A stretch of 64,000 bases of DNA. Origin: an uncultured Clostridia bacterium (lineage in GTDB: Bacteria; Bacillota; Clostridia; Christensenellales; UBA1242). The stretch covers positions 472 through 64,471 of the forward strand of contig CAJOLU010000002.1 in the NCBI GenBank assembly GCA_905235475.1, in the 5' to 3' direction. A program made the position numbers and the translations under genes. Shown in pieces: positions 17,236 through 28,500 of this stretch; within the stretch, counting starts at the first letter, position 1, and the number at the start of each line of letters is the position of its first letter. The notes under the pieces were generated by a model. That model did not search any database. It saw only the letters and a program-made list of their open reading frames with translations, and was not told where the DNA came from.

Positions 17236-18819
17236 TTAACTCGTTTTCTCCAAATATGTTTCATAATCACACATATAGTCGATTATTTTCCCATCTTTTA
17301 TTACAAAAATTCTGTTTGCAACACTTTGCAAAAGTTGGTGGTCATGAGATGAAAACAATAAAACGCCCTTAAAGTCTATCATACCATCATTAAGTGCGGT
17401 GATGCTTTCTAGGTCTAAGTGGTTTGTTGGTTGATCCAAAAGCAAAACATTTCCCGCTTCAACCATAAGTTTTGCCATCATACATCTAACTTTTTCTCCA
17501 CCACTTAACACATTCACTGGTTTGTTGGCATCATCTCCGCTAAATAGCATACGTCCCAAAAATCCACGCAAATAAGTGTTGTCTTTTTCTTTTGAAAATT
17601 CACGAAGCCAATCCACAATTTTTGTGTTTGTGTTAAAAAACTTTGCTTGGTCTTTTGGAAGATAACTCACATTAGTGGACTTGCCCCACTTAATCTCTCC
17701 ATCGTCTGGCATAATTTCTCCAGCCATTAAGTTAAAAAGAGATGTCACAGCGTTTTCGTTATCACTCAAAATAGCAATTTTGTCGCCTTGGTTAACTCTA
17801 AATGAAACATTATCTAAAAGTTTTTTACCATCAAAGTTAAAACTAACTCTATCAAACTCCAAAACATCTTTTCCAAGTTCTTTTTCGAACTTAAAATTAA
17901 TGTAAGGATATTTTCTATTTGATGCTGGCATATCTTCTATTTCAATTTTTTCCAGCATTTTCTTTCGACTTGTTGCTTGCCGTGCCATTGATTTATTTGC
18001 ACCAAATCGCCTAATAAACGCTTTTAACTCTTCAATTTTCTTTTCTTTTTGCATATTTTGTTGTTTTGTTAATTGAAGCATAAGTTGGCTAGATTGATAC
18101 CAAAAGTCATAGTTGCCCATCCACATTTTGATTTTTCCATAATCAACATCAACTGTGTGTGTGCAAACAACATTCAAAAAGTGACGGTCATGCGACACAA
18201 CAATAACTGTTCCTGGATAATCCAGCAAGAAGTCTTCAAGCCAATGAATGCTTTTCTCGTCCATATGGTTTGTTGGCTCGTCCAAAAGCAATATATCTGG
18301 ATTTCCAAAAAGTGCTTGTGCAAGCAAAACTTTAACTTTTATCGAACCATTTAGCGTTCCCATAATTTCATAGTGATATTGTTCTTTTATGTCTAGGGCG
18401 TTTAGAAGTTTGGCTGCATCACTTTCAGCATCCCAACCACCCATTTCAGCAAATTCTGCTTCCAAAGTGGCTGCAAGGTTTCCATCTTCTTCAGAAAAGT
18501 CTGGTTTTAAATATAATGCTTCTTTTTGCTTCATTATGTCATAAAGTTTTTTGTTGCCCATAATAACTGTGTCCATAACGGTGAACTCATCAAATTGGAA
18601 GTGGTCTTGCTTTAACACAGACATTCTTTCTTTTTCTGGAATTTCAATAGTTCCCTTGCTGGCTTCCAAATCGCCAGAAAGCAATTTTAGAAAAGTTGAT
18701 TTTCCCGCACCATTAGCACCAATAACACCATAACAGTTGCCTGGTGTGAACTTTAGGTTAACATCTTTAAATAGTGGGTCTCCCCCAAAAGATAGTTCCA
18801 AATCGGTTACGGTAATCAT
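17236..18819 (-). CDS. ABC-F family ribosome-associated ATPase (YbiT/YkpA-like)
   Basis: Two NBDs and no TM; NCYGVIGANGAGKST, LDEPTNH, SHDRHFLN, ARQATSRKK linker, LSGGEKVR. Confidence 0.92.
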   Translation of the reverse strand: MITVTDLELSFGGDPLFKDVNLKFTPGNCYGVIGANGAGKSTFLKLLSGDLEASKGTIEIPEKERMSVLKQDHFQFDEFTVMDTVIMGNKKLYDIMKQKEALYLKPDFSEEDGNLAATLEAEFAEMGGWDAESDAAKLLNALDIKEQYHYEIMGTLNGSIKVKVLLAQALFGNPDILLLDEPTNHMDEKSIHWLEDFLLDYPGTVIVVSHDRHFLNVVCTHTVDVDYGKIKMWMGNYDFWYQSSQLMLQLTKQQNMQKEKKIEELKAFIRRFGANKSMARQATSRKKMLEKIEIEDMPASNRKYPYINFKFEKELGKDVLEFDRVSFNFDGKKLLDNVSFRVNQGDKIAILSDNENAVTSLFNLMAGEIMPDDGEIKWGKSTNVSYLPKDQAKFFNTNTKIVDWLREFSKEKDNTYLRGFLGRMLFSGDDANKPVNVLSGGEKVRCMMAKLMVEAGNVLLLDQPTNHLDLESITALNDGMIDFKGVLLFSSHDHQLLQSVANRIFVIKDGKIIDYMCDYETYLEKTS

Positions 18820-18831
18820 ATCTTCTCCTTT

Positions 18832-20577
18832 TTATTCTTTTATGTCAACTTTGATATGAACTTCATCAAGTTGTTTTTTGGTTACTGTGCTTGGTGCGTT
18901 CGTTAGTGGGTCGAATGCAGATTTGTTTAGTGGGAATGGAATAACATCACGAATGGTGTTTTGGTCAAGAAGAAGCATAAGTGTTCTATCAATTCCAGGT
19001 GCCATTCCAGCGTGTGGTGGGGCTCCATACTTAAATGCATCATAAAGGGCTCCAAACTTTGCTCTAACAACATCTGCCCCATATCCAACAACTTCAAACA
19101 TTTTTTCCATAACGGCGCAGTCGTGGTTTCGAACCGCTCCACTTGCAAGTTCATATCCATTACAAACCATATCCCATTGGTCTGCTTGAATTGTGAGTGG
19201 GTCTTGCTCGAATGCTTTCATTCCACCCTTTGGTTGTGAGAATGGGTTGTGTGCAAAATCAAGTTTTCCTTCATCATCAAGTTCATAAAGTGGAAAATCT
19301 GTAATCCAACAGAACTCATATCTATTAGGGTCACAAAGGTTAAGTCTTTCTCCAAGTTCTTTTCTAAGGATTCCAGCAAGTTTTATTGTTGCTGCCTTTT
19401 TGCCAGCAAGAAGGAATATGCTTGAACCAACTGTGGCATCAAGTTCTTTGATTAATCCTTGTTTTTCATCTTCACTCAAAAACTTTGCAATAGGGCTGTT
19501 AAATTCCATATTTTCTTCAACCTTAATCCAAGCAAGTCCTTTTGAACCATTGTTAATCATAAAGGTTGTTAAAGTGTCATAAAAAGACCTTGGCTGTCCT
19601 GCCAAGTTTGGCACGCAAATTGCTTTAACTGTGCTCCCCTTAAATGCGTTAAAATTGGTGTTTGCAAAAACAGAGGTCACATCGTGAATAATGAGCGGAT
19701 TTCTAAGGTCTGGTTTATCTGTTCCATATAATTCCAAACTTTCGTTATATGGGATTCTTCTAAATGGCGCTTCAGACATTTCTTTTGTTGAAAAGTGCTT
19801 AAAAATGCTTGTGTAGAGTTTTTCTCCAACTTCAAACCAATCTTCTTGAGTTGAGAAAGCCATTTCCATATCTAATTGATAGAACTCCCCAGCGGCACGG
19901 TCTGCTCTGGCATCTTCATCTCTAAAACAAGGTGCAATCTGGAAATATTTTTCAAAACCACCAACCATCAAAAGTTGTTTGAAAACTTGTGGTGACTGAG
20001 GAAGAGCATAGAATTTGCCTGGGTGTTGTCTGGCTGGAATAATGAAATCTCTTGCTCCCTCTGGGCTTGATGCTGTGATTATTGGAGTGTTAATCTCCAA
20101 AAAGCCCATTTTCTTCATTTCACTTCTCATATAGTCAATAACTTGGCTTCTAAAGATTATGTTGTTATAAAGTTGTGGGTCACGCATATCCAAATAGCGA
20201 TATTTCAGTCTAACATCTTCTCTAACATTCTTGCTGTCGCCAACCTCAAAAGGAAGTGGTGCATAAACAGCGCCCAACACAACAAGTGATGAAGCCACAA
20301 TTTCCACTTCACCAGTTTTAAGTTTTAGGTTAATATTGTCATCGCCTCTTGCCCTAACAACGCCCTCAACAGAAATAACCGCTTCTCTTGAAACTTTTTC
20401 CATCATTTTGTCGTCATTAACCACAATTTGAACAATTCCGCTTTGCTCTCTAAGGTCAATAAAAGTGATTCCACCGTGGTCACGAATTGAGTGAACCCAA
20501 CCAGCAACTTTCACTGTTTTTCCAATAAAATCTTTTGTGATTTCGCCACAAACGTTTGTGCGATAAGTGTTTGTCAT
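18832..20577 (-). CDS. aspS: Aspartate--tRNA ligase
   Basis: RDHGG..FIDLR, SPEGARDF, YALPQSPQ, FRDEDARADR, YGAPPHAG..PGIDR. Confidence 0.98.
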   Translation of the reverse strand: MTNTYRTNVCGEITKDFIGKTVKVAGWVHSIRDHGGITFIDLREQSGIVQIVVNDDKMMEKVSREAVISVEGVVRARGDDNINLKLKTGEVEIVASSLVVLGAVYAPLPFEVGDSKNVREDVRLKYRYLDMRDPQLYNNIIFRSQVIDYMRSEMKKMGFLEINTPIITASSPEGARDFIIPARQHPGKFYALPQSPQVFKQLLMVGGFEKYFQIAPCFRDEDARADRAAGEFYQLDMEMAFSTQEDWFEVGEKLYTSIFKHFSTKEMSEAPFRRIPYNESLELYGTDKPDLRNPLIIHDVTSVFANTNFNAFKGSTVKAICVPNLAGQPRSFYDTLTTFMINNGSKGLAWIKVEENMEFNSPIAKFLSEDEKQGLIKELDATVGSSIFLLAGKKAATIKLAGILRKELGERLNLCDPNRYEFCWITDFPLYELDDEGKLDFAHNPFSQPKGGMKAFEQDPLTIQADQWDMVCNGYELASGAVRNHDCAVMEKMFEVVGYGADVVRAKFGALYDAFKYGAPPHAGMAPGIDRTLMLLLDQNTIRDVIPFPLNKSAFDPLTNAPSTVTKKQLDEVHIKVDIKE

Positions 20578-20613
20578 TTTCTTAATCTCCTAAAATATTT
20601 CATTTATAGTTCA

Positions 20614-20642
20614 TTATACCTTAATTGAATAAATATTTCAAG
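20614..20642 (-). promoter_or_regulatory. Sigma-A promoter of aspS
   Basis: Minus strand TTGAAA-17bp-TATAAT, ~30 nt leader with AGGAG. Confidence 0.7.
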
Positions 20643-20715
20643 TGATTTACAAAAAATTAATAATATAGTGCCAATTTCCCTATTTTTTAGCCTTTTCTTT
20701 TAATAAAAGAAACTA

Positions 20716-20744
20716 TTGACAAATCTGGTTAAAAGTGATATAAT
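20716..20744 (+). promoter_or_regulatory. Perfect consensus sigma-A promoter with extended -10
   Basis: TTGACA-17bp(ending TGA)-TATAAT with an A-rich upstream region. Confidence 0.9.
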
Positions 20745-20777
20745 CTTTACAATAAAAAAGTAAGGAGTGTTAGTCTT

Positions 20778-22451
20778 ATGGAAAGAAAAGAACAAGAAGA
20801 AAAACAAAAAACACCAATTTTGGTGCACCCAGTTCAGTTTGCCATGGCTGAAATTAAACGCCAAAGTTTGTTACATCAATTCAAAAATATGAGAAAAGAT
20901 GCAGACAAAATTCAACAAAAAAGAAAAGATATTGCTGAATTTGCCGAAAAAACATCAAATGGTGCTGTTAAAGCAGAAACACTTGTAAGCGATTTTGCAA
21001 AACTAGACAAAATTTACAGCCAAGGAAGCAATGAAGCAAAATCTATTCAAGCAAAACTTAAAACAGTTCTTGGCAAGAAAACACTAAAAGAAGCACAAGC
21101 AGATGAAGAACTATCAAAAGAAGTGACACCACTTGTAAATCAACTTGCAAACATTCACAGAACAAACAGTGCGCAAGCCCTTATGGCAACAAGCATGGCT
21201 GCAGTTAAACTTTATGACCAACAAGGAAACATCACACAAAACAAAAAAGGTGGAATTTCTGCCAAAGGTGCTGCCATTATTGCTGTTGCACTTGCTGGCG
21301 TTGGTGTTGGAGTTTATGTTGCAACTCAATCTGGGAAAAACGGTGGAACAACACACTACAATTCTGTTGACTACGCAGGTTCATTGGTTAACAACATGTT
21401 AATCAATGTGGATGGAAATTCTCCTTACGCATCAAATGTTGATGCTTCCTCACAAGAATTCTTGAATTTGATTAATTCAAATGATTATAAAATTGCTGTT
21501 ATTGACATAAAAAATCAGGGTCAAGCAGAAATAAAATCTTTGCAAGAAAGCATTAATGACCAAATTGTTGCAGAATATCAACGCATAGAGGAACTAAACA
21601 CCGCTTCTGGCTATAGAGAACAAAGTACTTTTATGGGTCGTAATAACTTTTCAAGACTTGTTGACTCAGATTATCGCCCACTTGAAAGTTATGTTGCATA
21701 CTTAACAAGATATAAAAACTATTTGGAAGCGCAAGAACCAGAAAAAATGTATGAAAAATTTGAAGCAGATTATTATAATCAAATTCCACAAAATATCAAA
21801 GATCTCTATTCTTCTTACAATATTGATTTAACAATGGAAAAAGATCAAGAAATTTTGAGTTGGTTAGGTGCAAGTGTTAGAACAATTGACCACTATGACA
21901 TAAACACGGGTGAAATAACAAAAACATTGGTGTTTGATGAACACGTTCCAGATGGAACAACACTAGATTTCTTAAAAGAGTATTATAATATTCCAGCAGA
22001 AATTCGCAACAACTCTTATGACATATATGGCAGACTTACAGTGTCAGAAGAATATTCAGATTATATAAATATATTGGCTGATACAAAATATGCTAACAAC
22101 GGTCTAGAACGATATTATAACAGCATTAACCCAAGTTACGCAAATCAAATTAGGCAATGTGTTGAAAACATTGATGCACTTCAAGCAGACTACATAACAA
22201 AAACAGCGCAAATTCAACAAAACACCAACTTGGAAATTGCGAACCTTCAACAAACTTCTTTAGGGCTTGACACAAACAATCAAATTCTTGGAAGTTCAAT
22301 GGATGCAATGGGTTTGCCTATTAACAACGTTCCACAAACAGGTGAGAAGACTGGAATTATTCAAAACTTTGTGGACTCAGTGCTTGGTGGCATTAATGAT
22401 GCACAAGATGCAATCATTAATGTTGTTGACGACATAACAAGAAATCTTTAA
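20778..22451 (+). CDS. Hypothetical single-pass membrane protein, helical/coiled-coil
   Basis: 557 aa ORF with AAGGAG RBS; one internal hydrophobic segment GAAIIAVALAGVGVGVYVA; no family recognised. Confidence 0.8.
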   Translation: MERKEQEEKQKTPILVHPVQFAMAEIKRQSLLHQFKNMRKDADKIQQKRKDIAEFAEKTSNGAVKAETLVSDFAKLDKIYSQGSNEAKSIQAKLKTVLGKKTLKEAQADEELSKEVTPLVNQLANIHRTNSAQALMATSMAAVKLYDQQGNITQNKKGGISAKGAAIIAVALAGVGVGVYVATQSGKNGGTTHYNSVDYAGSLVNNMLINVDGNSPYASNVDASSQEFLNLINSNDYKIAVIDIKNQGQAEIKSLQESINDQIVAEYQRIEELNTASGYREQSTFMGRNNFSRLVDSDYRPLESYVAYLTRYKNYLEAQEPEKMYEKFEADYYNQIPQNIKDLYSSYNIDLTMEKDQEILSWLGASVRTIDHYDINTGEITKTLVFDEHVPDGTTLDFLKEYYNIPAEIRNNSYDIYGRLTVSEEYSDYINILADTKYANNGLERYYNSINPSYANQIRQCVENIDALQADYITKTAQIQQNTNLEIANLQQTSLGLDTNNQILGSSMDAMGLPINNVPQTGEKTGIIQNFVDSVLGGINDAQDAIINVVDDITRNL

Positions 22452-22487
22452 CAAAAAAAGAAGCAAAAATTTGCTTCTTTTTTTGTT
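22450..22487. terminator. Bidirectional terminator
   Basis: AACAAAAAAAGAAGCAAA-aa-TTTGCTTCTTTTTTTGTT. Confidence 0.88.
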
Positions 22488-22510
22488 GTAATGCTATTTT
22501 GATGAACTCT

Positions 22511-25500
22511 CTATTTTAGTATTCTTGAACTCTCTTCATAAACTCCATTTTTTGCCTTAATTGTGTCGTTAAAATCGTTATTTATTTTTAAGCTTATAGA
22601 AGTTATCCAGCCCCTTGTGCCACACTCTACATCTCTTGCAAGCAAATCGAGCCCTGGAACCCCATCTTGAGTCCATTTATCATCGTCGACGATTGTTGAT
22701 GTTTGGTCGATTTTCACATCTTTGCTCAGCTGAGCAGTCTTTTCATCTTCCCCCAACCAGCCCGCATCCAATATACAACTATAACCAGCTTCAAAGGTTG
22801 CTGTTGCTGAAAAAACAAGTGGATAATCATACAGGATTTTTACACTGCTAAACTTTAAAGTATAATACATTACCAGGGCATCTCCCAAATCCAATAAACC
22901 CCCTTTCTGTTCCTTCTTTGCTTTTGCTACAGCAGAAATTACACATGTCACAACGTTAACTTGTCTCCATATATAAAAAGTGTTGGTTTTAACTTTAGCA
23001 ACTTTCTTCAATTGATCATCATATGGCATATCCTTCGATTCAAGCGCGATTTCCGTTGCCACGTTTAGGTTTCTGTCTAAAGTTTTTGATACTATACCAT
23101 AACTTTTATAACTATCCCCAAATAGTGGCGTTAGGGTGAGCGTTGCGTTATTAATTTTGTTTACTTTCTTACCACTTGCTTTTAAAGTTAAGTAAACTTT
23201 ATCTCCAGAGTATTGTGTGTTATCTTTAAATTCAAAGTTTGAATCTGAAAAACTTGCAATATAATTATATCTATTTGCAACATTATATTGCAATTGTCGT
23301 ATGTAGAATTCATATGAAACAAGAATATTTGCATAAATCATTCCTATTACAGAATCGCTACTATTACTATTATAAACATCCTGATAATGATCAAAAGTTT
23401 CTGGCTCTAACTCTGATTCAAATGGATTTGAATAATCCCCAGTCTTTATTGGTCCCAACAAACCACGTTGAAAACGACAATTTTGTTGAACATCCCAACT
23501 AGAATAATATGCTCCAGTTCCATCCTCTCCAACAATTTGTTCAGCTGAATTATTCTTATCAAGATTTATTTGAGCCGATGATGGAAGAGAGATAGAAACA
23601 TCACCACCATACAGATAATTATAGCCTAAGTTATATGAATTTCCAGAAATTTTAAGTTGAATTTTGTTTTTCCCTAACTGCAAATAACCAGCATTTGAAT
23701 TATTATAAGTAACATCACCATATGTGCCTTCTTTAATATATCCATATCTAGTAGTCAATGCAGTAGCAACTTTTTGTGTGGCATAATCTTTTGCATTGAA
23801 TGTCAAGGCATCCAACTGGCTTGGGTCAACAGAATAAGTTCTACTCGCGTTTGAATAAGTCCATGAACTACCCAAGTCAGATTTTGTCCAATTAGAAGAA
23901 ACAGTTGGGGTGTTGGAACCTGTTTTTGGTGTGACTTCATGTTGCCAAATATTTGCAGTGACTTTTAGTGTGTCTGAGTTAGGATAATTTGTATATGATG
24001 TTGTATTAGGTGTTGTACTATTACTAATGTTCACCTTCATATCGGTGCCACCACTAATTGAAATATCATCATAATCACTATATACTTTCCTATATATAAA
24101 TGGATATCTGCCAGATTCTCCACTAGCTATTTCATTATTTCCTGCCGTCAGTTCATAACTAATATAATAGGAGCCTCCATCTTTGCTTTGCATAATCCAG
24201 TTTAATGCCTCAACAACCCCTTCGGCGTTAAAAAAGTATTTGTGTAGATTTGTTGCTGTCTTCCTATCATATGTTGCAGTAGGATTACGAGCAATTGAAG
24301 AAGTATAAACATATAACTTCCAGTTGCGATCGTCCTCGATTAAGGAGCCATAGTTAATGCCCTCATCTGCTGGACTAGTGAATGCATGGCTGGTTCGACT
24401 GTGTGAATTAAAAACACTTGTGTTGGTCCTAAAGGCTTGCTCATACCACAAACCTCTCAATCCATACACTCCAACGGCAAAGCCTTCTTTTTTCTCTGCA
24501 TTTGGTTGCTGTCGTGCTTTTGTTAACAGATCACTACTGGAAATATCATCTAAATCGGTCCAATCATTATAAAAGTCTTTGTCATAATAATATTCAACTG
24601 CTAAATTACGGAGGTTGGAAAGTTTTAGTTGAAGCGTGTGGGTTGCAGACTTTTCACTTCCATAAATTTTGTAGTTTATATTGTGGTTTGTATCATTCAC
24701 ATTGTAGTAAGGAGTGATGGATGTTATTATATCATTCCCTTTCTCCCAAGCCTGCTTGGTAATATCAAATCCACTTTCGTTCCTATTCTTCTTAAATAGT
24801 TGGTTTAACACATTATAACTATTTGCTGTTGCCTCTGCCTCCATTTCGAAAATGTCTTTCTCATTACCATAATACTCGCCACTAACCGTATAATCAACCC
24901 TAATCTGATAACCATCAGTTGGTTGGTCTTTCTCAGCTTTTTGGAAGTTAATGGTTAACTCTTTTGGAACCAAATATCCAATTTTATAGTAATTGCCATA
25001 TCTGTCTGTCTTTTGAATTTCTCTCTGTGTGTCAAACACCATGTTGCTATATTCAGGGGTTTTCACTTCCACACTGTGATAGAAATAGAAGGCAAAAGTT
25101 CGTGTAAGACTAGCAATCCAATAACCAAAGTTGTTATCATCAGTTGTTTCATATTTAAGTTGGAAAGTAACATATATTAGCTTAGCATCTGTAACTTTGC
25201 TACTTAACAAATTGTAGATATTAGCATTGCTATTGATGTCATCAACAGAAATAATTGGCGACGCATTAGACGAAGTGTTCATTACAAATTTTTGTGTGAC
25301 TAAATCATTGCCTTCTTCGTCTTTAAAGTTTGCATAAACACTAACCACCTTGTCTTCTAATCCTTCACCCGCATGAAATTGCTCTTTAAAATGTAACATA
25401 AATTCTGTTACAACTTTAAATATCGTGTTGTCACTTTCAATCGCCTCAAGGTTTGCACCTAAATATTCCTCAAAATCATCAACATCATCACCAACAGACA

Positions 25501-28500
25501 AGAGATCTTTGAAAACATCCTTTCCATTTACATCAAGAAGTTCCACATCATCCGCCCCTACAATATTAAGTTGCTTCTTGACTGTGATTGAATCCTCATA
25601 CTCGAATATGCTTTGTGAGTTTATATAGTTTGCAGTTTGTGATTTCATTTCGCTGGTTACTTTGGTGAACACATCAAGTGGGTAATTAAAATCATTTGGC
25701 ACTAATGACAAACCATCTTTAGCATAATATGGTTCTTTATTATTGGCAACATAACCAATTGCTTGAAGCTTGAAGGAAACATCTCCAGGTAAATATTGTT
25801 TAAAGGTTGAAAATGCATCACCATCATAAATTAATATTTGATATATCTTGTCCTCATTTTCATCACTATCATATGAAACTCGAATGCCATTGTTGCTGCG
25901 TATTAGATTAATAGTAATTAGATTTCTTGCTACAAGCGTTTTTGATTCACCTTCACCTCTCGTTATTTCATAAATAAGGTTAACAGCTTGCGCTTTATTG
26001 ATGTTTGAAACCTCCAACAACAAGCACACTCTGTCATTATTGTCAAACAATACAGTGTCGGTTTCTTCAGCAAACTCCTTAACCCCACCATTTTCTGTAT
26101 ATAAGCCAAATTTAACACTCGAAATCTGTGCCTCATCAACTTCAATAAAGTGGTTAACATTTGGGCTCTTGCGTGATGCCGAGTTACTGGTCATTGTGTA
26201 ACTTGTTTCATTAAAGATTTTTGCCCTAAATTCAAAGTTTGAAACATTTTTCTTGAAATTGTTTCCATCAACAAGAAATTTTAGTGGCATTCCAAAGTTT
26301 TCAATAACCACTTGTTTCTCTATCTCGTATGTGTTTGCGTTAAGTGAAGTTTGGTAATAACCAACATTTTCTGTTGTTTTATATGGAATAACTGTTTGTT
26401 TTGCATAGATTGGTTCATCTTTAATAAGTATGCCGTTTTCATCAATCTTTCCATTTAGTTGCAGAGATTCATAGATACCCGGCGTTGAAAGGGCAATATA
26501 GTTACCATCACGCAAAATATAACGATTTTCATATTTAGCCGCACCCTCTGCACCAACAATTTCTCTTTGATCATCATCTAACTCAATATATTCTTTAAGC
26601 ATATATTTTCTAGCTGCATCGGTTGAATATATGTAGAGTTTGCGACTATTGTTTATAATTTGTTGGGCTTCTTCAATTGTGGCACACTTTGTGTAGGCTT
26701 CCGTTTCTGTGTTGAAGTAATAATATTCAACATTTGCGTCTAACTCACCATTATATGGAACGAAAGAGCCACTCACATTGCTATCAACAAATTCTTGAAA
26801 TTCAACTCGTCTAATATAAACATTTGATTCTTGTTCTGAACCTGTTACTCCATTCACATTAGTTGCAGCAGTTTGAGTGTTATACCAAACAATGAAATAA
26901 TAATCTGTGTAAACATCAATAGTGTTGTCATTTGAATCTCTTTTTGTCACACACACAATAAAGTAATGGAAATTGTTTTTATTGCTGTCATTAACACCGT
27001 CTAGATTATAGTAAATATAAGCATCTTCATAGCAAATTTCATCCTCATCATTGAGGTATGCAACCTTACTAGATGCATCTAATGTTGCAACCCCTCTTCC
27101 AGCCTCACCCTCATCAACAGTAAGTGACATACTATAATATTTTGTTAAATCTCGAACATCGAACCATTCATCACTTTCTTTGACAAAGTTTTTGTAATAG
27201 CCGTCATCACTTTGTGTCATTTCATATGCAAACTCTTTTGGTGCATTATAACTGTCAACAATAATATGGTTATCAACTTTGTGAGATGAGTTGATGAGGA
27301 ATGGACTAACTCCATTAACATCAACAAAAGATTCATATGTTATTGGCCTATTCTTCTTTATATTTTGTAATGCCTCAATATTGTTGTTATTCAGTTCCAC
27401 AACCCAACTTACTTCATATCTAAGTGAATCTGAAAGCGAAATTGAACATTTTGTATACTCTAATGCATCAATATAAGCCTGTTGCTCCGCTGTTTCTATG
27501 TTTTCGTAAGCTCTTAAGTTGACCATAAATTGCTTGCCATCTTTGTTAGACAACCAGTTTGTGAAATTAAATCTAACATATATTGTAAATCTACCACTAT
27601 TTTCACCATTTCCACCTTTTTGATATTCATATGCATAAGTTGGAGTGTCTAGTTTCACATAATTTACATAAGCTTCCGTGTCTGCCATTGCTTCTGTTCC
27701 AGCGTTAGATTTATATGCCTGACCTTGCGCAAGTTTAACAACAACTCTAAATTTATGTAAACCAAATTGGCTCTTATTGTTATTAATTATATTTGTTACA
27801 TTAACAACATAAACATGATAGTTATCTTCGTCAGTTCCTTGCCAGTCGTTTGCATCAACCGCAAAACTATCTTCATTGCCAATTGTCCAATCTGGATTTC
27901 CATTCAAGAATGTGTTTGCATAATAATGAATTATTGACAATCCAGAAGTATGTGGAAGAGTTGCGCCAGTGCTTTTAACTCTAAATGTAAGATATACATC
28001 TTGTTCATTGTTCACCCAAGCAAGTTGTTCACTTTCTGTTATATAGTTAGGGTCGTTTTCATCTGTTATGGCACTTTCTGTTGTGAATTTAATAAGATTT
28101 GTGTTTGCTTTTCCTGCAACTTGAACACAATCTTTGCCATCAATTTGCACAACATCTTTATTTGTGGCGCTAGCATTTCTTAACACAACATTAAAATCAT
28201 CTGTTACAAATTGAACATCAGTTACAAACCAGTGTTCCAAAATGTGAGTGCCTGCCTCATAAATAAGTCCATCAACATAACCACTATTGGTGCCGTCCAC
28301 AAGTTTGATTTTAAGGAAATATTGACCTGGCAAAATTTCGTTTTGGTTAAGAGGTGTCCAAACATTTTTTATCCACTTGTTTTGTTTTATGAAAATATCA
28401 TCATTATTATCTCTTGCTGTTTCAAAATCTGAGTAGTTTGAAAGCAAAACATAATTATCTTCAGTCTGCAAGTAGTATTGCAAAGCAAAGTTATCTTCAG

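Noticed and set aside
21240-21330. Class III (prepilin-like) cleavage motif KKGGIS before the TM
   Set aside because: It lies ~160 aa from the start and has no Glu at +5; more simply a positive-inside TM flank.
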